From NCBI GenBank assembly GCA_039698055.1, contig JBDKTL010000019.1, positions 1 through 46,608 on the forward strand: a stretch of 46,608 nucleotides of DNA, given 5' to 3'. Positions 28,909-39,074 of the stretch are shown in pieces. The notes under the pieces were generated by a model. The model searched no databases, was not told the DNA's origin, and saw nothing but the letters and a program-made list of their open reading frames with translations. The translations under genes and the position numbers were made by a program. Source of the DNA: Methanoregula sp. Lineage in GTDB: Archaea > Halobacteriota > Methanomicrobia > Methanomicrobiales > Methanospirillaceae. Numbering within the stretch: position 1 is the stretch's first letter; every line of letters starts with the position of its first letter.

Positions 28909-29624
28909 GAATAGAGGTACGAGTTGGTGTAAGCCGGAATCCCGGATTCCGCCACGCCGCCGATGACAAGGAGCGCCGTGTGTTCGATACCTGCTGCACG
29001 GGCAAGACCGGCGATCGTGGCAACGGTCCCGCGGACAATCTTCTGGTCCGGCCACGACGCATGGAAGACAACGGCAGCCGGGGTATCGGCGGGACAGGCG
29101 AGCTTGCCCGTGATCGCTTCAAGTTTTTCCGTGCCAAGGAAGATGACCATGGTCGTGCCGAGCCGGGAGAACTCTTCAATCTGGTCATGTTCGAGTGTCT
29201 TCCCGGCCGGACGGGTCACGATCAGTGAGTCCGAAACCCCTCGCAGGGTCAGCTGGGTCCTGAGTGCCGCCGCAACCGCAAAGAGGGACGAGACGCCGGG
29301 CACGATCTCGACTGCGATGCCCTGCTGCTCCAGTTCCCGGATCTGCTCGACAATGGCGCCATAGAGCGAAGGGTCGCCCGAATGGAGGCGCACGACCGTT
29401 TTTCTGGCTTTTGCAGGTACCACCATTGCCTCTACGAGTTCGGGCAGGTGCATGCCCCAGCTGTCCAGCTTGACAGCCGCCGGGGACTGGGCGACCAGTT
29501 CGGGATTCACCAGCGACCCGGCATAGATCAGGACATCGGCTTCTTTGAGGAGCCGGAGACCTTTGACCGTGATCAGTTCGGGATTGCCCGGGCCGGCGCC
29601 TACGAACCAGACGGTTGGTGCCAT
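28905..29624 (-). CDS. cbiF: Cobalt-precorrin-4 C11-methyltransferase
   Basis: VGAGPGNPELITVKG, IYAGSLVN, RLHSGDPSLYGAIVEQ, ASWPDQ, YLYS. Confidence 0.93.
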   Translation of the reverse strand: MAPTVWFVGAGPGNPELITVKGLRLLKEADVLIYAGSLVNPELVAQSPAAVKLDSWGMHLPELVEAMVVPAKARKTVVRLHSGDPSLYGAIVEQIRELEQQGIAVEIVPGVSSLFAVAAALRTQLTLRGVSDSLIVTRPAGKTLEHDQIEEFSRLGTTMVIFLGTEKLEAITGKLACPADTPAAVVFHASWPDQKIVRGTVATIAGLARAAGIEHTALLVIGGVAESGIPAYTNSYLYS

Positions 29625-29625
29625 A

Positions 29626-30231
29626 TCAGCGCCTCGCGTACATCACGCTGAGGTAATCGCTCTCCTCGGGCAGGTTATCGTCATGATACACTTTCATATC
29701 CGGGAAGTACATCCGCTCGACCAGCACAAACTGGCAGTAGCCCTCAGTACGTAACTGTTGTGCCTTTTTTCTGGGTTTACGGACTTTGAGCAGGATGCGG
29801 GCATACGGTTCTGCGCCATCCGATACGACAAATCCCCCGGCCAGCGATACACCGGCTGCTGCGGCAAACGCGGTGATGGAGCTGATGCCCGGTTCGGTCC
29901 GGCAGGATATTCCCGGGTATTTTTCCGCGATGATCCCGCAGAGCCGGGAGAAGGTGGAGAAGAAATTTGGATCGCCAAGGATGCCAAAAACAGCATTGCC
30001 GTCCCGTGCGGCAGGAGCGATCTTTTCCGCATTGTTTTCAAGACATTTTCGGATCTGTTCCTCGTCGTTGGTCATCGGGAAGTCAAGCATCACCGAATCA
30101 CGGTACGGTGCGACAAGGTCCTGTGCAATCCTGCCGGGCACAAAAACCACATCTGCCTCTTTGAGGAGTCGCACTGCCCGCAGCGTGAGGAGTTCCGGGT
30201 TCCCCGGGCCAAGGCCAAGACCCGTCAGCAT
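29626..30231 (-). CDS. cbiL: Cobalt-factor II C20-methyltransferase
   Basis: GLGLGPGNPELLTLRA, DFPMT, LGDPNFFSTF, PGISS, DYLS. Confidence 0.9.
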   Translation of the reverse strand: MLTGLGLGPGNPELLTLRAVRLLKEADVVFVPGRIAQDLVAPYRDSVMLDFPMTNDEEQIRKCLENNAEKIAPAARDGNAVFGILGDPNFFSTFSRLCGIIAEKYPGISCRTEPGISSITAFAAAAGVSLAGGFVVSDGAEPYARILLKVRKPRKKAQQLRTEGYCQFVLVERMYFPDMKVYHDDNLPEESDYLSVMYARR

Positions 30232-30764
30232 GCGGCACCACCCCCAACGATGATATAGACCGGATCGATGGGCTTGAACATGATACTCCCGGCAATGCCG
30301 TATGACCGGGAGACCTGCACCTGGATCGCTTCTGTAAAGATACCGGTCTGCTGCATGACGTCGATAACGGATGCAAGCGTACTGACCATCACCGCATTGA
30401 CAACAATCGTCCGCCGTACTTTTTTTGAAAGTGCCGGCAGGAACATCCCGATCTGTTGTGAACCGCCAAGAAATGCGCAGTCAAAGGTCAGGTCGGCTTT
30501 AAGAAAATCCATTGCTTCACCGCAGAAAAATTCAATGTTGGTAAGACCGGCCTGCGCGGCCTGTTCCTGTGCGTACCGGATCGCCTCGGGGCGCCGGTCA
30601 ACCGCGTACACTTTTTTTGCCACCCGGGCAGCGGCACGAGAAACTTTCCCGGTTCCGCAGCCCAGATCGAGCATGACATCTCCGCTCTGTAATCCCATTT
30701 TAAAGAGGGAAATCGCCATGATTTCGTCCTGTGTCGGACCACCGGCCGGCTTTGTCTGGGCCAT
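30225..30764 (-). CDS. cbiT: Cobalt-precorrin-6B C15-methyltransferase (decarboxylating)
   Basis: GGPTQDEIMAISL, DLGCGTG class I SAM motif, FLGGS, VVNAV; first gene of the cbi operon. Confidence 0.88.
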   Translation of the reverse strand: MAQTKPAGGPTQDEIMAISLFKMGLQSGDVMLDLGCGTGKVSRAAARVAKKVYAVDRRPEAIRYAQEQAAQAGLTNIEFFCGEAMDFLKADLTFDCAFLGGSQQIGMFLPALSKKVRRTIVVNAVMVSTLASVIDVMQQTGIFTEAIQVQVSRSYGIAGSIMFKPIDPVYIIVGGGAAC

Positions 30765-31096
30765 CTTCTCAAATTTTGTTGTGACACTGTATTAACTCTT
30801 GTTTTACTGTTCAGGACTCATGAGCGTGCCTGAAGCCGGATCATAATCCGTAAGACCCTGCACCAGCATGAAGAACTCACCGGGATATCCCCTAATCCGG
30901 GCCTGGAATGAACCCGGTTTGGCTGGATTTGATCCATTCCGGTACAAAAAACGCCGAATTCCGGCACACGATTTTTAAAAAACCGCAGTTTGGCCGGTTT
31001 TGAGGTGAAAGAGATGTGGTGCGAGCTGGAAAATGTACGCTAATACAAGCGTTTGGACAGCCGATCTCCCTTCAATGGCTGTATCCGTCCTTAACT

Positions 31097-31105
31097 AAAA
31101 AAAAA
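31097..31105 (-). terminator. Putative archaeal oligo-T terminator after the hemB-hemL-hemC-cobA-psiE run
   Basis: T9 tract on the minus strand about 95 nt past the psiE stop. Confidence 0.4.
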
Positions 31106-31198
31106 GGAAATTATGGTCTTTCCTGCAGGAACCCGGGATCACACCGGTGCTGCCGGTATGCCTCCGGACCCTCAAAGGATACGATGGGACAAAACCCT

Positions 31199-31639
31199 TT
31201 ATGACGGGGGAGGGGATTCTTTTCCCGGTCCAATTGTAATGCCGGCTTTTTTGAGCAGGTAGTAGGCAGCGGCGAGGCCGACAATAATGATACCGATCCC
31301 AATGAGTTCAAACCCGTTTGATGTCGAAGGTTCAAGCAGGATCACTTTCCGGGCGATGGCGATGATGGCAAGGAGAACGACAATCTCAACGTGGATTGCG
31401 TTATTCTTGAAGTACTCAAGCATCGTATCCAGCAGTTCTACGCCAATGAGCACCAGCAGGAACACGCCAAGCACGTTCACGAGCTCGTGATTTTCAAGAA
31501 TACCGACAGGGAGATTGGTTACACTGACGACAATAAACCAGACCAGTTCGATAAGTGCAAAGATCATCACGATCATCAGCAGACCGATGAGCGCGCCATA
31601 GATATATCGTTCAAATTTTTCCACGAATTTAATCAGCAT
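31199..31639 (-). CDS. Phosphate-starvation-inducible PsiE-family membrane protein
   Basis: Four TMs; FLLVLIGVELLDTM...IHVEIVVLLAIIAIARKVI; overlaps the cobA stop. Confidence 0.8.
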   Translation of the reverse strand: MLIKFVEKFERYIYGALIGLLMIVMIFALIELVWFIVVSVTNLPVGILENHELVNVLGVFLLVLIGVELLDTMLEYFKNNAIHVEIVVLLAIIAIARKVILLEPSTSNGFELIGIGIIIVGLAAAYYLLKKAGITIGPGKESPPPS

Positions 31640-32399
31640 CGTCTTCCTCCACCGGGATCAAATCCGGTTTTTCCGGGTCGTACAGGCTTACCACGTCGCC
31701 AATAACAATCACTGCCGGGGGTCTCACACCGGTTTGTTTTGCGATTTCGCCAATCGTTTTGAGCGTGCCGGTCGTGACGCGCCGGTCCTTACGCAGCCCG
31801 CGTTCGATGAGTGCAACCGGTGTCGCCCCGGATTTGCCATTCTCCATCAGGGCAGAGGCAATCTTCCCAAGATTCGCTACACCCATCAGGATAACGATCG
31901 TGCCCCGGCTCTGAGCCAGAAGTTTCCAGTCCAGCGCAGGTTCGGGTTTTGTCGGATCTTCGTGCCCGGTCAGGATGGTTACCTGCGATGCAAACTTCCG
32001 GTGCGTGACCGGAATTCCTACCGACGCCGGCACGGCAAGGGCACTGGTGATGCCCGGCACCAGTTCGATATCGATGCCGGCTGCGCGGACGGTTTCCATC
32101 TCTTCCCCGCCCCGGCCAAACAGGAACGGGTCGCCCCCTTTAAGCCGGACAACACATTTTCCCTGCTGTGCCCGGTCAATGATCAGGGCTTCGATCTCTT
32201 TTTGCTCCAGCGTATGCCGGCCGCCATATTTCCCGCAATCGATCTTCTCTGCTTTTTCTGGGAGTGCCGCAAGGATTTCCTCACCGGGCAGTTGATCGTA
32301 GAGCACGACATCGGCGGCATCGATAATCTCTGAAGCCCGCACGGTCAGGAGCCCGAGACCCCCAGGACCCGATCCCACCAGATAGACTTTATTGTTCAT
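31629..32399 (-). CDS. cobA: Uroporphyrinogen-III C-methyltransferase (SUMT)
   Basis: VYLVGSGPG, VVLYD, VVRLKGGDPFLFGRGGEE, VPGITSA, GIPVTHR. Confidence 0.95.
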   Translation of the reverse strand: MNNKVYLVGSGPGGLGLLTVRASEIIDAADVVLYDQLPGEEILAALPEKAEKIDCGKYGGRHTLEQKEIEALIIDRAQQGKCVVRLKGGDPFLFGRGGEEMETVRAAGIDIELVPGITSALAVPASVGIPVTHRKFASQVTILTGHEDPTKPEPALDWKLLAQSRGTIVILMGVANLGKIASALMENGKSGATPVALIERGLRKDRRVTTGTLKTIGEIAKQTGVRPPAVIVIGDVVSLYDPEKPDLIPVEEDDAD

Positions 32400-33279
32400 A
32401 GGATATCCCCAGCCTGCTGTACGCGTCCTGTATCAGATCCAGCGCACGGGTGCGCAGTTCCCGCCCCTGGAGACGAGCCTCCTCAAGGGAGACGATGTCG
32501 GTTTCGATGCGCTCGGTCCGGGTGCCGTCAAGCGAGAGCACTTCGGCGATCAGGTGCCCGGCCCGGCAATAGATGCCCATGGGTGTAAAACAACCCGCAC
32601 CCACCTGCTCCATCACCGCCCGCTCGATGGCGACATCAGTCCGGGTCGGCGTGTGATCGATCGCAGACAGCATTTCCATGAGCGAGGGATCTGACCGGCT
32701 GACAACGGCAATCGTACCCTGGTTGGGGGAAGGAACAAATTTTTCCGGCGGGAGAATCTCGCCGGGGATACGTAGCCCGAGCCGGGTCAGTCCTGCCATT
32801 GCAAGCACAATTGCCCCATATTCCCCCGCGTTCAGTTTCCGGATCCGGGTATCCACGTTCCCCCGCAGGTCTTTGATGATAATATCCGGATCGTGGCGCA
32901 GGAGTTGCGCCCGTCGCCGGGTGCTTGAGGTCCCAATCGATTTTATGCGATCGATCGGGCCGGTATAGGCAAGGAAATCTGCCGGGGAATCCCGGGCGAG
33001 GATTGCCGAGGTAATAAGCCCGGAGGGGCGGACTGCCGGGATATCTTTCATGCTGTGAACCGCGCAATCAATTTCCCCATCAAGAATTGCATCGTCCAGC
33101 GCCCGGACAAAAACTCCCTGCCTGCCGATCTCGTGGAGCGGAACATCGGTAACTGTGTCTCCCTGTGTCGTGATGATCTTTTTTGTGACATCTATCCCCA
33201 ATGCAGATAGCTGCGCACAAACGGTTTCTGCCTGTGCAAGCGCAAGCTTGCTCCCCCGGGTTCCTACTCTGATAGACAT
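32389..33279 (-). CDS. hemC: Hydroxymethylbilane synthase
   Basis: [47 protein letters not shown] cofactor Cys. Confidence 0.95.
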   Translation of the reverse strand: MSIRVGTRGSKLALAQAETVCAQLSALGIDVTKKIITTQGDTVTDVPLHEIGRQGVFVRALDDAILDGEIDCAVHSMKDIPAVRPSGLITSAILARDSPADFLAYTGPIDRIKSIGTSSTRRRAQLLRHDPDIIIKDLRGNVDTRIRKLNAGEYGAIVLAMAGLTRLGLRIPGEILPPEKFVPSPNQGTIAVVSRSDPSLMEMLSAIDHTPTRTDVAIERAVMEQVGAGCFTPMGIYCRAGHLIAEVLSLDGTRTERIETDIVSLEEARLQGRELRTRALDLIQDAYSRLGISYEQ

Positions 33280-34511
33280 GATATGTACGCCTGGCTAAGT
33301 GCCGTGATGTCCTCATCGCTGTGACCAGCGGATAAGAAATTGGTTTCAAACTGTGAGGGCGGGACGAACACTCCCTTTTCCAGCATGGATTTCCAGAACT
33401 TCCCAAACGCAGCAGTGTCGCATTCTTTTACTTCCTGGTAATTCTTCGGGGGGCTTCTCCTGAAGAAATACTTGAACATTGAACCGATGCGGACAAACGA
33501 ACCCTTCTGCTTCCTGCCAAGGGATTCCTCAATCGCACGGGTATTTGAATCGATCTTGTCATACAGTCCCGGGTTTTCGTGCAGCCAGCGGATTGTGGCA
33601 ATACCGGCACTGAGAGACAGCGGGTTACCAGAGAATGTCCCGGCCTGGTAGACCGGCCCGGCAGGTGCCACCCGGTTCATGATTTCACGTTTTCCGCAGA
33701 ATGCACCGATGGGGAGCCCGCCACCAATGATCTTCCCCAGTGTCGTCAGGTCGGGCTTGACACCAAAGCGTTTTTGCGCCCCGCCAATGCCGAGCCGGTA
33801 GCCGGTGATCACTTCATCGAAAATAAGAAGCACATCGTGAGCACGGGTAATTTCCCGCACGTCCTGAAGGTAATTTTCTGCCGGGATCACCGGCCCGATA
33901 TTTCCCATCACCGGCTCGATGATGAGCGCGGCGACATCAGGATTTTTTGCCAGAAGCGATTCCAGTGCCTCCGCATCATTGAACGCAACCTGCCGGGTGT
34001 GGGCAACAAGATCGGCAAGAACACCGGCAGAGTCAGGAACGCCCATGGTAGTTGCACCGGAGCCGGCTTTTACGAGCACCGCATCGTGCGCCCCGTGAAA
34101 TCCGCCTTCAATCTTGATAATATCCTTTTTTCCGGTATATCCCCGGGCAAGCCGTATTGCCGCCATGGTCGCTTCAGAACCACTGGAAACAAACCGGACC
34201 ATGTCCATGCCATCGTGATCGTTTGCGATCATGCGGGCAAATTCCGGTTCAAGGGGAGTGGGTGTCCCATATAACCAGCCCTTCTCAAGCTGGGAACTGA
34301 TAGCTTGCCGGATGACCGGGTTTGCATGGCCAAGAATCAATGGCCCATATGCCATACAGCAGTCAATAAGGATTTTGCCATCAACGGTGGTGAGGTGCGA
34401 ACCACGGGCATGCGCCGTGTAAAAGGGGTACGGTTTGATTGCCCGGACCGGGCTGCTGACGCCACCGGGCATCAGGAGCGACGCTTCACGAAACAGGTCT
34501 TCACTTTTCAT
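33264..34511 (-). CDS. hemL: Glutamate-1-semialdehyde 2,1-aminomutase
   Basis: [59 protein letters not shown]. Confidence 0.96.
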   Translation of the reverse strand: MKSEDLFREASLLMPGGVSSPVRAIKPYPFYTAHARGSHLTTVDGKILIDCCMAYGPLILGHANPVIRQAISSQLEKGWLYGTPTPLEPEFARMIANDHDGMDMVRFVSSGSEATMAAIRLARGYTGKKDIIKIEGGFHGAHDAVLVKAGSGATTMGVPDSAGVLADLVAHTRQVAFNDAEALESLLAKNPDVAALIIEPVMGNIGPVIPAENYLQDVREITRAHDVLLIFDEVITGYRLGIGGAQKRFGVKPDLTTLGKIIGGGLPIGAFCGKREIMNRVAPAGPVYQAGTFSGNPLSLSAGIATIRWLHENPGLYDKIDSNTRAIEESLGRKQKGSFVRIGSMFKYFFRRSPPKNYQEVKECDTAAFGKFWKSMLEKGVFVPPSQFETNFLSAGHSDEDITALSQAYISCLSE

Positions 34512-35484
34512 CAAGCCACCCGCACACATCTGCCGCAAAATACGTGATGATCAGATCTGCGCCCGCCCGCTTGATGCAGGTAAGACTTTCTAGCACGGTC
34601 TCTTTTTCCCGGAGCCAGCCGTTGGCTGCGGCCGCTTTTATCATGGAATATTCCCCGCTGACCTGGTATGCGGCAACAGGAAGACCCAGTGCCGCGATGT
34701 CTGCAAGGATATCGAGATAGAATCCTGCCGGTTTTACCATCAGGATATCCGCACCTTCATCCATATCCATGCGGGATTCAAGGTATGCCTCCCGGCCATT
34801 GCCGGGGTTGAGCTGGTAGGTAGACCGGTCCCCGAATGAATATCCCGAGTCGGCGGCTTCGCGGAATGGCCCGTACAGTGCCGATGCAAATTTGGTTGAG
34901 TAGGACATGATGAGGACTTCTTCTAACCCTTCCGCATCAAGTGCCATCCGCAGGGATCGAACCATGCCGTCGAGCATGCACGAAGGCGCGATGATATCGG
35001 CGCCAGCTTTTGCATGGCTGACTGCAATCAGGTCGATGAGTTCAAGCGACTCATCGTTCAACAGATCCATTTCGCCACACCGGGAAGGCCCGACGATCCC
35101 GCAGTGGCCATGGGTCGTATATTCGCAGGCGCAGACATCGGTAATGACCACCATGCCGGGAAGTGCGGATTTGATATTCCGTACAGCCTGCTGGACGATG
35201 CCGTCAGGATCGTATGCACTTGTTCCTTTTGGATCCTTATGCTCCGGAATGCCGAATAAAAGAACAGCACGGATACCAATCGTCCACAATTTCTGGCAAA
35301 CGCCGGCAATATCGCACACCGGGTACCGGAACTGGCCGGGCATTGCCTCTATCGGCACCGGGGTTTTTGCAGTTTCGTCCACAAAAAGCGGTGCAATCAG
35401 ATCGTTTTTTGTAATGCTGGTCTCAATCAGGAGCGGTTGGATCGTGCGGGACCGGGCTCGCCGCATTCGTCGCTGGGGAAACAT
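34501..35484 (-). CDS. hemB: Porphobilinogen synthase (Zn-type)
   Basis: [42 protein letters not shown]. Confidence 0.96.
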   Translation of the reverse strand: MFPQRRMRRARSRTIQPLLIETSITKNDLIAPLFVDETAKTPVPIEAMPGQFRYPVCDIAGVCQKLWTIGIRAVLLFGIPEHKDPKGTSAYDPDGIVQQAVRNIKSALPGMVVITDVCACEYTTHGHCGIVGPSRCGEMDLLNDESLELIDLIAVSHAKAGADIIAPSCMLDGMVRSLRMALDAEGLEEVLIMSYSTKFASALYGPFREAADSGYSFGDRSTYQLNPGNGREAYLESRMDMDEGADILMVKPAGFYLDILADIAALGLPVAAYQVSGEYSMIKAAAANGWLREKETVLESLTCIKRAGADLIITYFAADVCGWLDEK

Positions 35485-35570
35485 TTCGCGCCACAATCTC
35501 CTTGTTACTGACTACAGTTTGAAGATGCATGGTATTTATGGTATAGTATTTTTAATGGCCGGGGATTCCC

Positions 35571-35595
35571 GGACAGGACAGGACATGACAGGACG
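35571..35595 (+). repeat. Short 5-bp tandem repeat (GGACA)x~5
   Basis: GGACA GGACA GGACA TGACA GGACG in the divergent spacer upstream of hemB. Confidence 0.6.
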
Positions 35596-35784
35596 ATATC
35601 GGGTTCCGGGAAAATCGCGCAAAAATTGTATCCGCGAAAAAAAATCGTGCGCATACACGATGTGGACATCCATTATCCGGTTATCATGGTGCAACATGAA
35701 GTCCCGTTCCCCCTCACGGGAGATGGCACGCGATTACCCTCGACCATAACAACATTTTTTTACCGGTCACGAACACCTCTAACG

Positions 35785-36450
35785 ATGCACAAAGTGACCA
35801 CCCTTATCCTCATTTTTCTTGCCGGTTCCCTGCTGCTCATTGCCGGATGTGCACAAACCACACCGGCTGGCACCACGGACAGTCTTTCCCCCGCAGGTTC
35901 CGCGGCAGATGCCAATTCCCTTGTCCCCCTTGCACTGACGGCATCGGATCTTCCCTCATCGTTTACCATTGTTGAGAGCCGGCCCAAGACCCGGGATGAA
36001 CTAAGTTCACTCGCCCGGGATCTGGGTTGGGAGAGCGGGTATGTTGTGCGATCTGCCACTACCGGTGCCCTCAATGGCAGTTCGACAGAAATCAGCCAGA
36101 CCATTGCACGCTACCGGCAAGAAAATATCCAGAGGATCGTCAGCCTTGCCGGTACACAGGATCAATCCCGCGGGGACATGGTATTTTACGATCTGCCATT
36201 GCCGGCAACCGGGGAAAATACCCGGGCGTTCCACGGAACGGTAAATGTCACCGCACACGAGACACCTTCCGGGTTCCTGCGTGCCGGTATCAATGAAAAA
36301 CCGGTTGAACCGTCACCAACCCTGCAGGATTTTTCCGAAGTCCTTTTCACGAAAGGGGATGTGTTTGAAGTGATAAGGATAAGCGGGACACATGCCGATG
36401 ACGGGCTCCTTGACAATGTGTCAGAAATTGCTTACCGGAAAATACGATAA
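35785..36450 (+). CDS. Putative lipoprotein of unknown function
   Basis: Signal peptide with lipobox-like LIAGC followed by a Thr/Ser/Pro linker. Confidence 0.7.
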   Translation: MHKVTTLILIFLAGSLLLIAGCAQTTPAGTTDSLSPAGSAADANSLVPLALTASDLPSSFTIVESRPKTRDELSSLARDLGWESGYVVRSATTGALNGSSTEISQTIARYRQENIQRIVSLAGTQDQSRGDMVFYDLPLPATGENTRAFHGTVNVTAHETPSGFLRAGINEKPVEPSPTLQDFSEVLFTKGDVFEVIRISGTHADDGLLDNVSEIAYRKIR

Positions 36451-36547
36451 ACAAAATTTATTTTTTTATCTGCAGAACAAATCCCTTTTACCTTAAAAAT
36501 ACCAATCTGAATTGAAAATATGTGGATATCCGGCTTACAGGTGAATC

Positions 36548-37147
36548 ATGGATTTTAAAGATATTGTGATGGCCCGGTACGCAACAAAACAATTCGATGG
36601 CACGATGATTTCTGAACCGCAGTTATTCCAGCTGCTGGATATCATCAGGTTTGCACCGTCCGCATTTAATCTTCAGCCGTGGAAGATCAAAATTATCACT
36701 GCCGCAAAGATCAAGGAAAAACTCAAAGTCCATTCAAATAACCAGCCCCAGATCATGTCCTGCTCCCATCTTCTGGTACTGTGTGCCAATACCGAACTGG
36801 AACTGCTGGTCAACCATGTCGAACAGAGACTTGAATCCAGTGGCATGCCGGATGAAGCGCGGAACCAGTATATCGGGATGATCCGGGAGTATATCGGTGC
36901 CATGAACCCGGAGCGCAGGCTCTCGTTTGCACGGGAACAGGTATTTATCGCGCTGGCAAATGCCGTGAACGGGGCAAAGGCGCTGGGATTTGATTCGTGC
37001 CCCATGGGAGGCTTTGATCCCGCAGCCTATTCTGAAACGCTGTATATTCCTGATGAGTATGTGCCAACCGTGCTCTGTGCAATCGGCTATACGGCTGATA
37101 CACCTGCACCCAAATGGAGATTTCCCCGGGAAGATATTTTCTTCTGA
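36548..37147 (+). CDS. Nitroreductase-family FMN-dependent oxidoreductase
   Basis: RYATKQFD, APSAFNLQPWK, NQPQI, LGFDSCPMGGFD, IGY. Confidence 0.92.
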   Translation: MDFKDIVMARYATKQFDGTMISEPQLFQLLDIIRFAPSAFNLQPWKIKIITAAKIKEKLKVHSNNQPQIMSCSHLLVLCANTELELLVNHVEQRLESSGMPDEARNQYIGMIREYIGAMNPERRLSFAREQVFIALANAVNGAKALGFDSCPMGGFDPAAYSETLYIPDEYVPTVLCAIGYTADTPAPKWRFPREDIFF

Positions 37148-37260
37148 TTTTTTTCGTACCAATCCATTTTTACCCGGCACGCCGGGGAAATTTTATCCCC
37201 CGTAAAAATTATTTTTGGACATATTCCCCGGCATCACCGGTTCTTTTTTTTCCGATTGGA

Positions 37261-37731
37261 TTATTTTATCTGTTTTTTCAGAACCAGCCTGTCGTACCCG
37301 GGCCCGAAATATGCCCGGCATTCCTTTACCTGCACAAAGCCCTGCCGCTGGTAGATGCAAAGAGCCGGTTGGTTTTCGGGAGCAACGGTCAAGAAGATCT
37401 CCCGGACTCCTTTGTTCCTGAACACGTCAATTATGGCAGAAAGGAGCGCGGTGCCAACACCGTTACAGCGATAGTTTTCCATGACTCCCACCCGGAGAAT
37501 CCATGCCGTCCCGGTCGTGTCCTGGACATTTGAGCCAACCAGATACCCGACCGGTTCTGTTCCGTCAACGGCCACAAGAAAGGTATCCGGGCAGCATGCA
37601 CCCATCTGCCGGACAAAAACCCCAGACCGGTACAGTGAACCGATGCCCGCATCCTCAAGAGCGGTTACCGGTAAAAAATCATTGTCCTGATAGGCCCGGA
37701 TTTTTATTGGGGAGTCCTTGTTTCCTGCCAT
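37261..37731 (-). CDS. GNAT acetyltransferase (RimI-like)
   Basis: VGVMENYRCNGVGTALL, LTVAPENQPALCIYQRQGF, AYFG. Confidence 0.85.
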   Translation of the reverse strand: MAGNKDSPIKIRAYQDNDFLPVTALEDAGIGSLYRSGVFVRQMGACCPDTFLVAVDGTEPVGYLVGSNVQDTTGTAWILRVGVMENYRCNGVGTALLSAIIDVFRNKGVREIFLTVAPENQPALCIYQRQGFVQVKECRAYFGPGYDRLVLKKQIK

Positions 37732-37802
37732 AATTGGTGTTAATCCTCCAGAACGGTGCCGGCACCGGCTGATGAAATGAACCAGAAGCGTGAAATGGTC
37801 AT

Positions 37803-39074
37803 TTAAGGTTCTTTTTCGACGGTATTCCCGCCCTGCGTGATGGCTTTTACCAGCGCTTCTGCGGCGGCAAGATTGCCGGATTCCGCACTCGCACGGACAG
37901 AGGATGTTGCATCGGTCAGCAGTTTTTTCGTGAGAACCCGGCTGAGATCGTCAACAATCTCTCGTGTCCGTCCATCGGTTGTTCCCAGGCGGGCAAACGC
38001 CTTATCCCGTTCCCGGATGCGGATGCCTTCAGCCCAGGTATGGAGCGATGAGAGGGTATCGTCCGCAGATTTGCGCTGGAGTTGCCGGAGGAAAAGATCC
38101 AGTTCGGCATCGACAAACTCCTTTGCCCGCTCGGCTTGTGCTTTTCGCGAGCTCATCGTCTGCTCGTTGATAAGGCGCAGGTTGTCGATGGTAAAGAGGC
38201 AGACGCCGTCAATTGCATCCGCTCCTTCCTCGACATCCCGTGGCTGGGCAATATCGATGAGGATGAGTTTTCGCGGGTGGCCCTCAACCGGCCAGCACCG
38301 CTCTCTCATCGCTTTTTTCAGCTCTGCCGCGTGGATGACCGGGTGCGGCGCGGATGTGCAGGAGATAACCACATCTGAAAGGGTAATATAATGGTAAAGG
38401 TCGTTGAGCCGTACTGCTTTACCCCCGATCTTTTCTGCAAGCTTTACTGCCCGCCCGTACGTGCGGTTGGCAACGTACATCGCCGTTAAGTGTTTTGCTG
38501 CAAGTGCCTGGGCAACCAGCAGCCCCATTTCACCGCTGCCGATGACGAGAATATGCCGCCCGGAAAGTGTCCCCAGTTCGGATTCTGCGAGCAGGACTGC
38601 TGCCGAACCAACGGAAACGGCGCCCCGGTTTATCTGGGTGCGTTTGCGGACTTCGATTCCTACATGGACGGCCTTGTTGATGCAGTGTTCAAGCAGGCCC
38701 GACGATGTGCCGGCGGCCTGACCGTCAGCAATGGTTTTTTTGAGCTGGCCGATGATCTGGTCTTCCCCTACAATCATCGATTCAATGCCGGATGCGAGGG
38801 AGAACAGGTGCTGGAGCGCATCGGTGCCTTCGAGCAGGAAATACCCTGATCGCCCGTGCTCTGCGAGAAAGTCATGAAGCGGTTGCCCGTCGCCTTCGAT
38901 AATGATTTCCACCCGGTTGCAGGTCTGGAGGAGCAGGACGCCCCGGAACCGTCCTTTTACCTGTTCGAGAAATGCAGATTCGTCGCCAAAACGGAATGCT
39001 TCAAGAGCGTCAACCTTTGCCGTATGGTGGCTCACGCCGGCAATGGCGACAGGCACCGGTGCGGCATCAGTCAT
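37803..39074 (-). CDS. hemA: Glutamyl-tRNA reductase
   Basis: GVSHHTA, LQTCNRVE, SGIESMIVGEDQIIGQ, VIGSGEMG, NRT, DIAQPRDVE. Confidence 0.96.
   Translation of the reverse strand: MTDAAPVPVAIAGVSHHTAKVDALEAFRFGDESAFLEQVKGRFRGVLLLQTCNRVEIIIEGDGQPLHDFLAEHGRSGYFLLEGTDALQHLFSLASGIESMIVGEDQIIGQLKKTIADGQAAGTSSGLLEHCINKAVHVGIEVRKRTQINRGAVSVGSAAVLLAESELGTLSGRHILVIGSGEMGLLVAQALAAKHLTAMYVANRTYGRAVKLAEKIGGKAVRLNDLYHYITLSDVVISCTSAPHPVIHAAELKKAMRERCWPVEGHPRKLILIDIAQPRDVEEGADAIDGVCLFTIDNLRLINEQTMSSRKAQAERAKEFVDAELDLFLRQLQRKSADDTLSSLHTWAEGIRIRERDKAFARLGTTDGRTREIVDDLSRVLTKKLLTDATSSVRASAESGNLAAAEALVKAITQGGNTVEKEP

Noticed and set aside
30765-31198. Cobalamin riboswitch upstream of cbiT
   Set aside because: Small hairpins exist (TTCAGG/CCTGAA near 30810-30834; ACAGCC/GGCTGT at 31057-31082), but I could not find the B12-box or GGGAA..GGTG..AA.TCC consensus. 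A TATA-like sequence about 30 nt from the ATG suggests a short or absent leader.
36548-37147. BluB (dimethylbenzimidazole synthase)
   Set aside because: The motifs look like a generic NfsB-type nitroreductase, and BluB needs O2, which is unlikely in a presumed methanogen.
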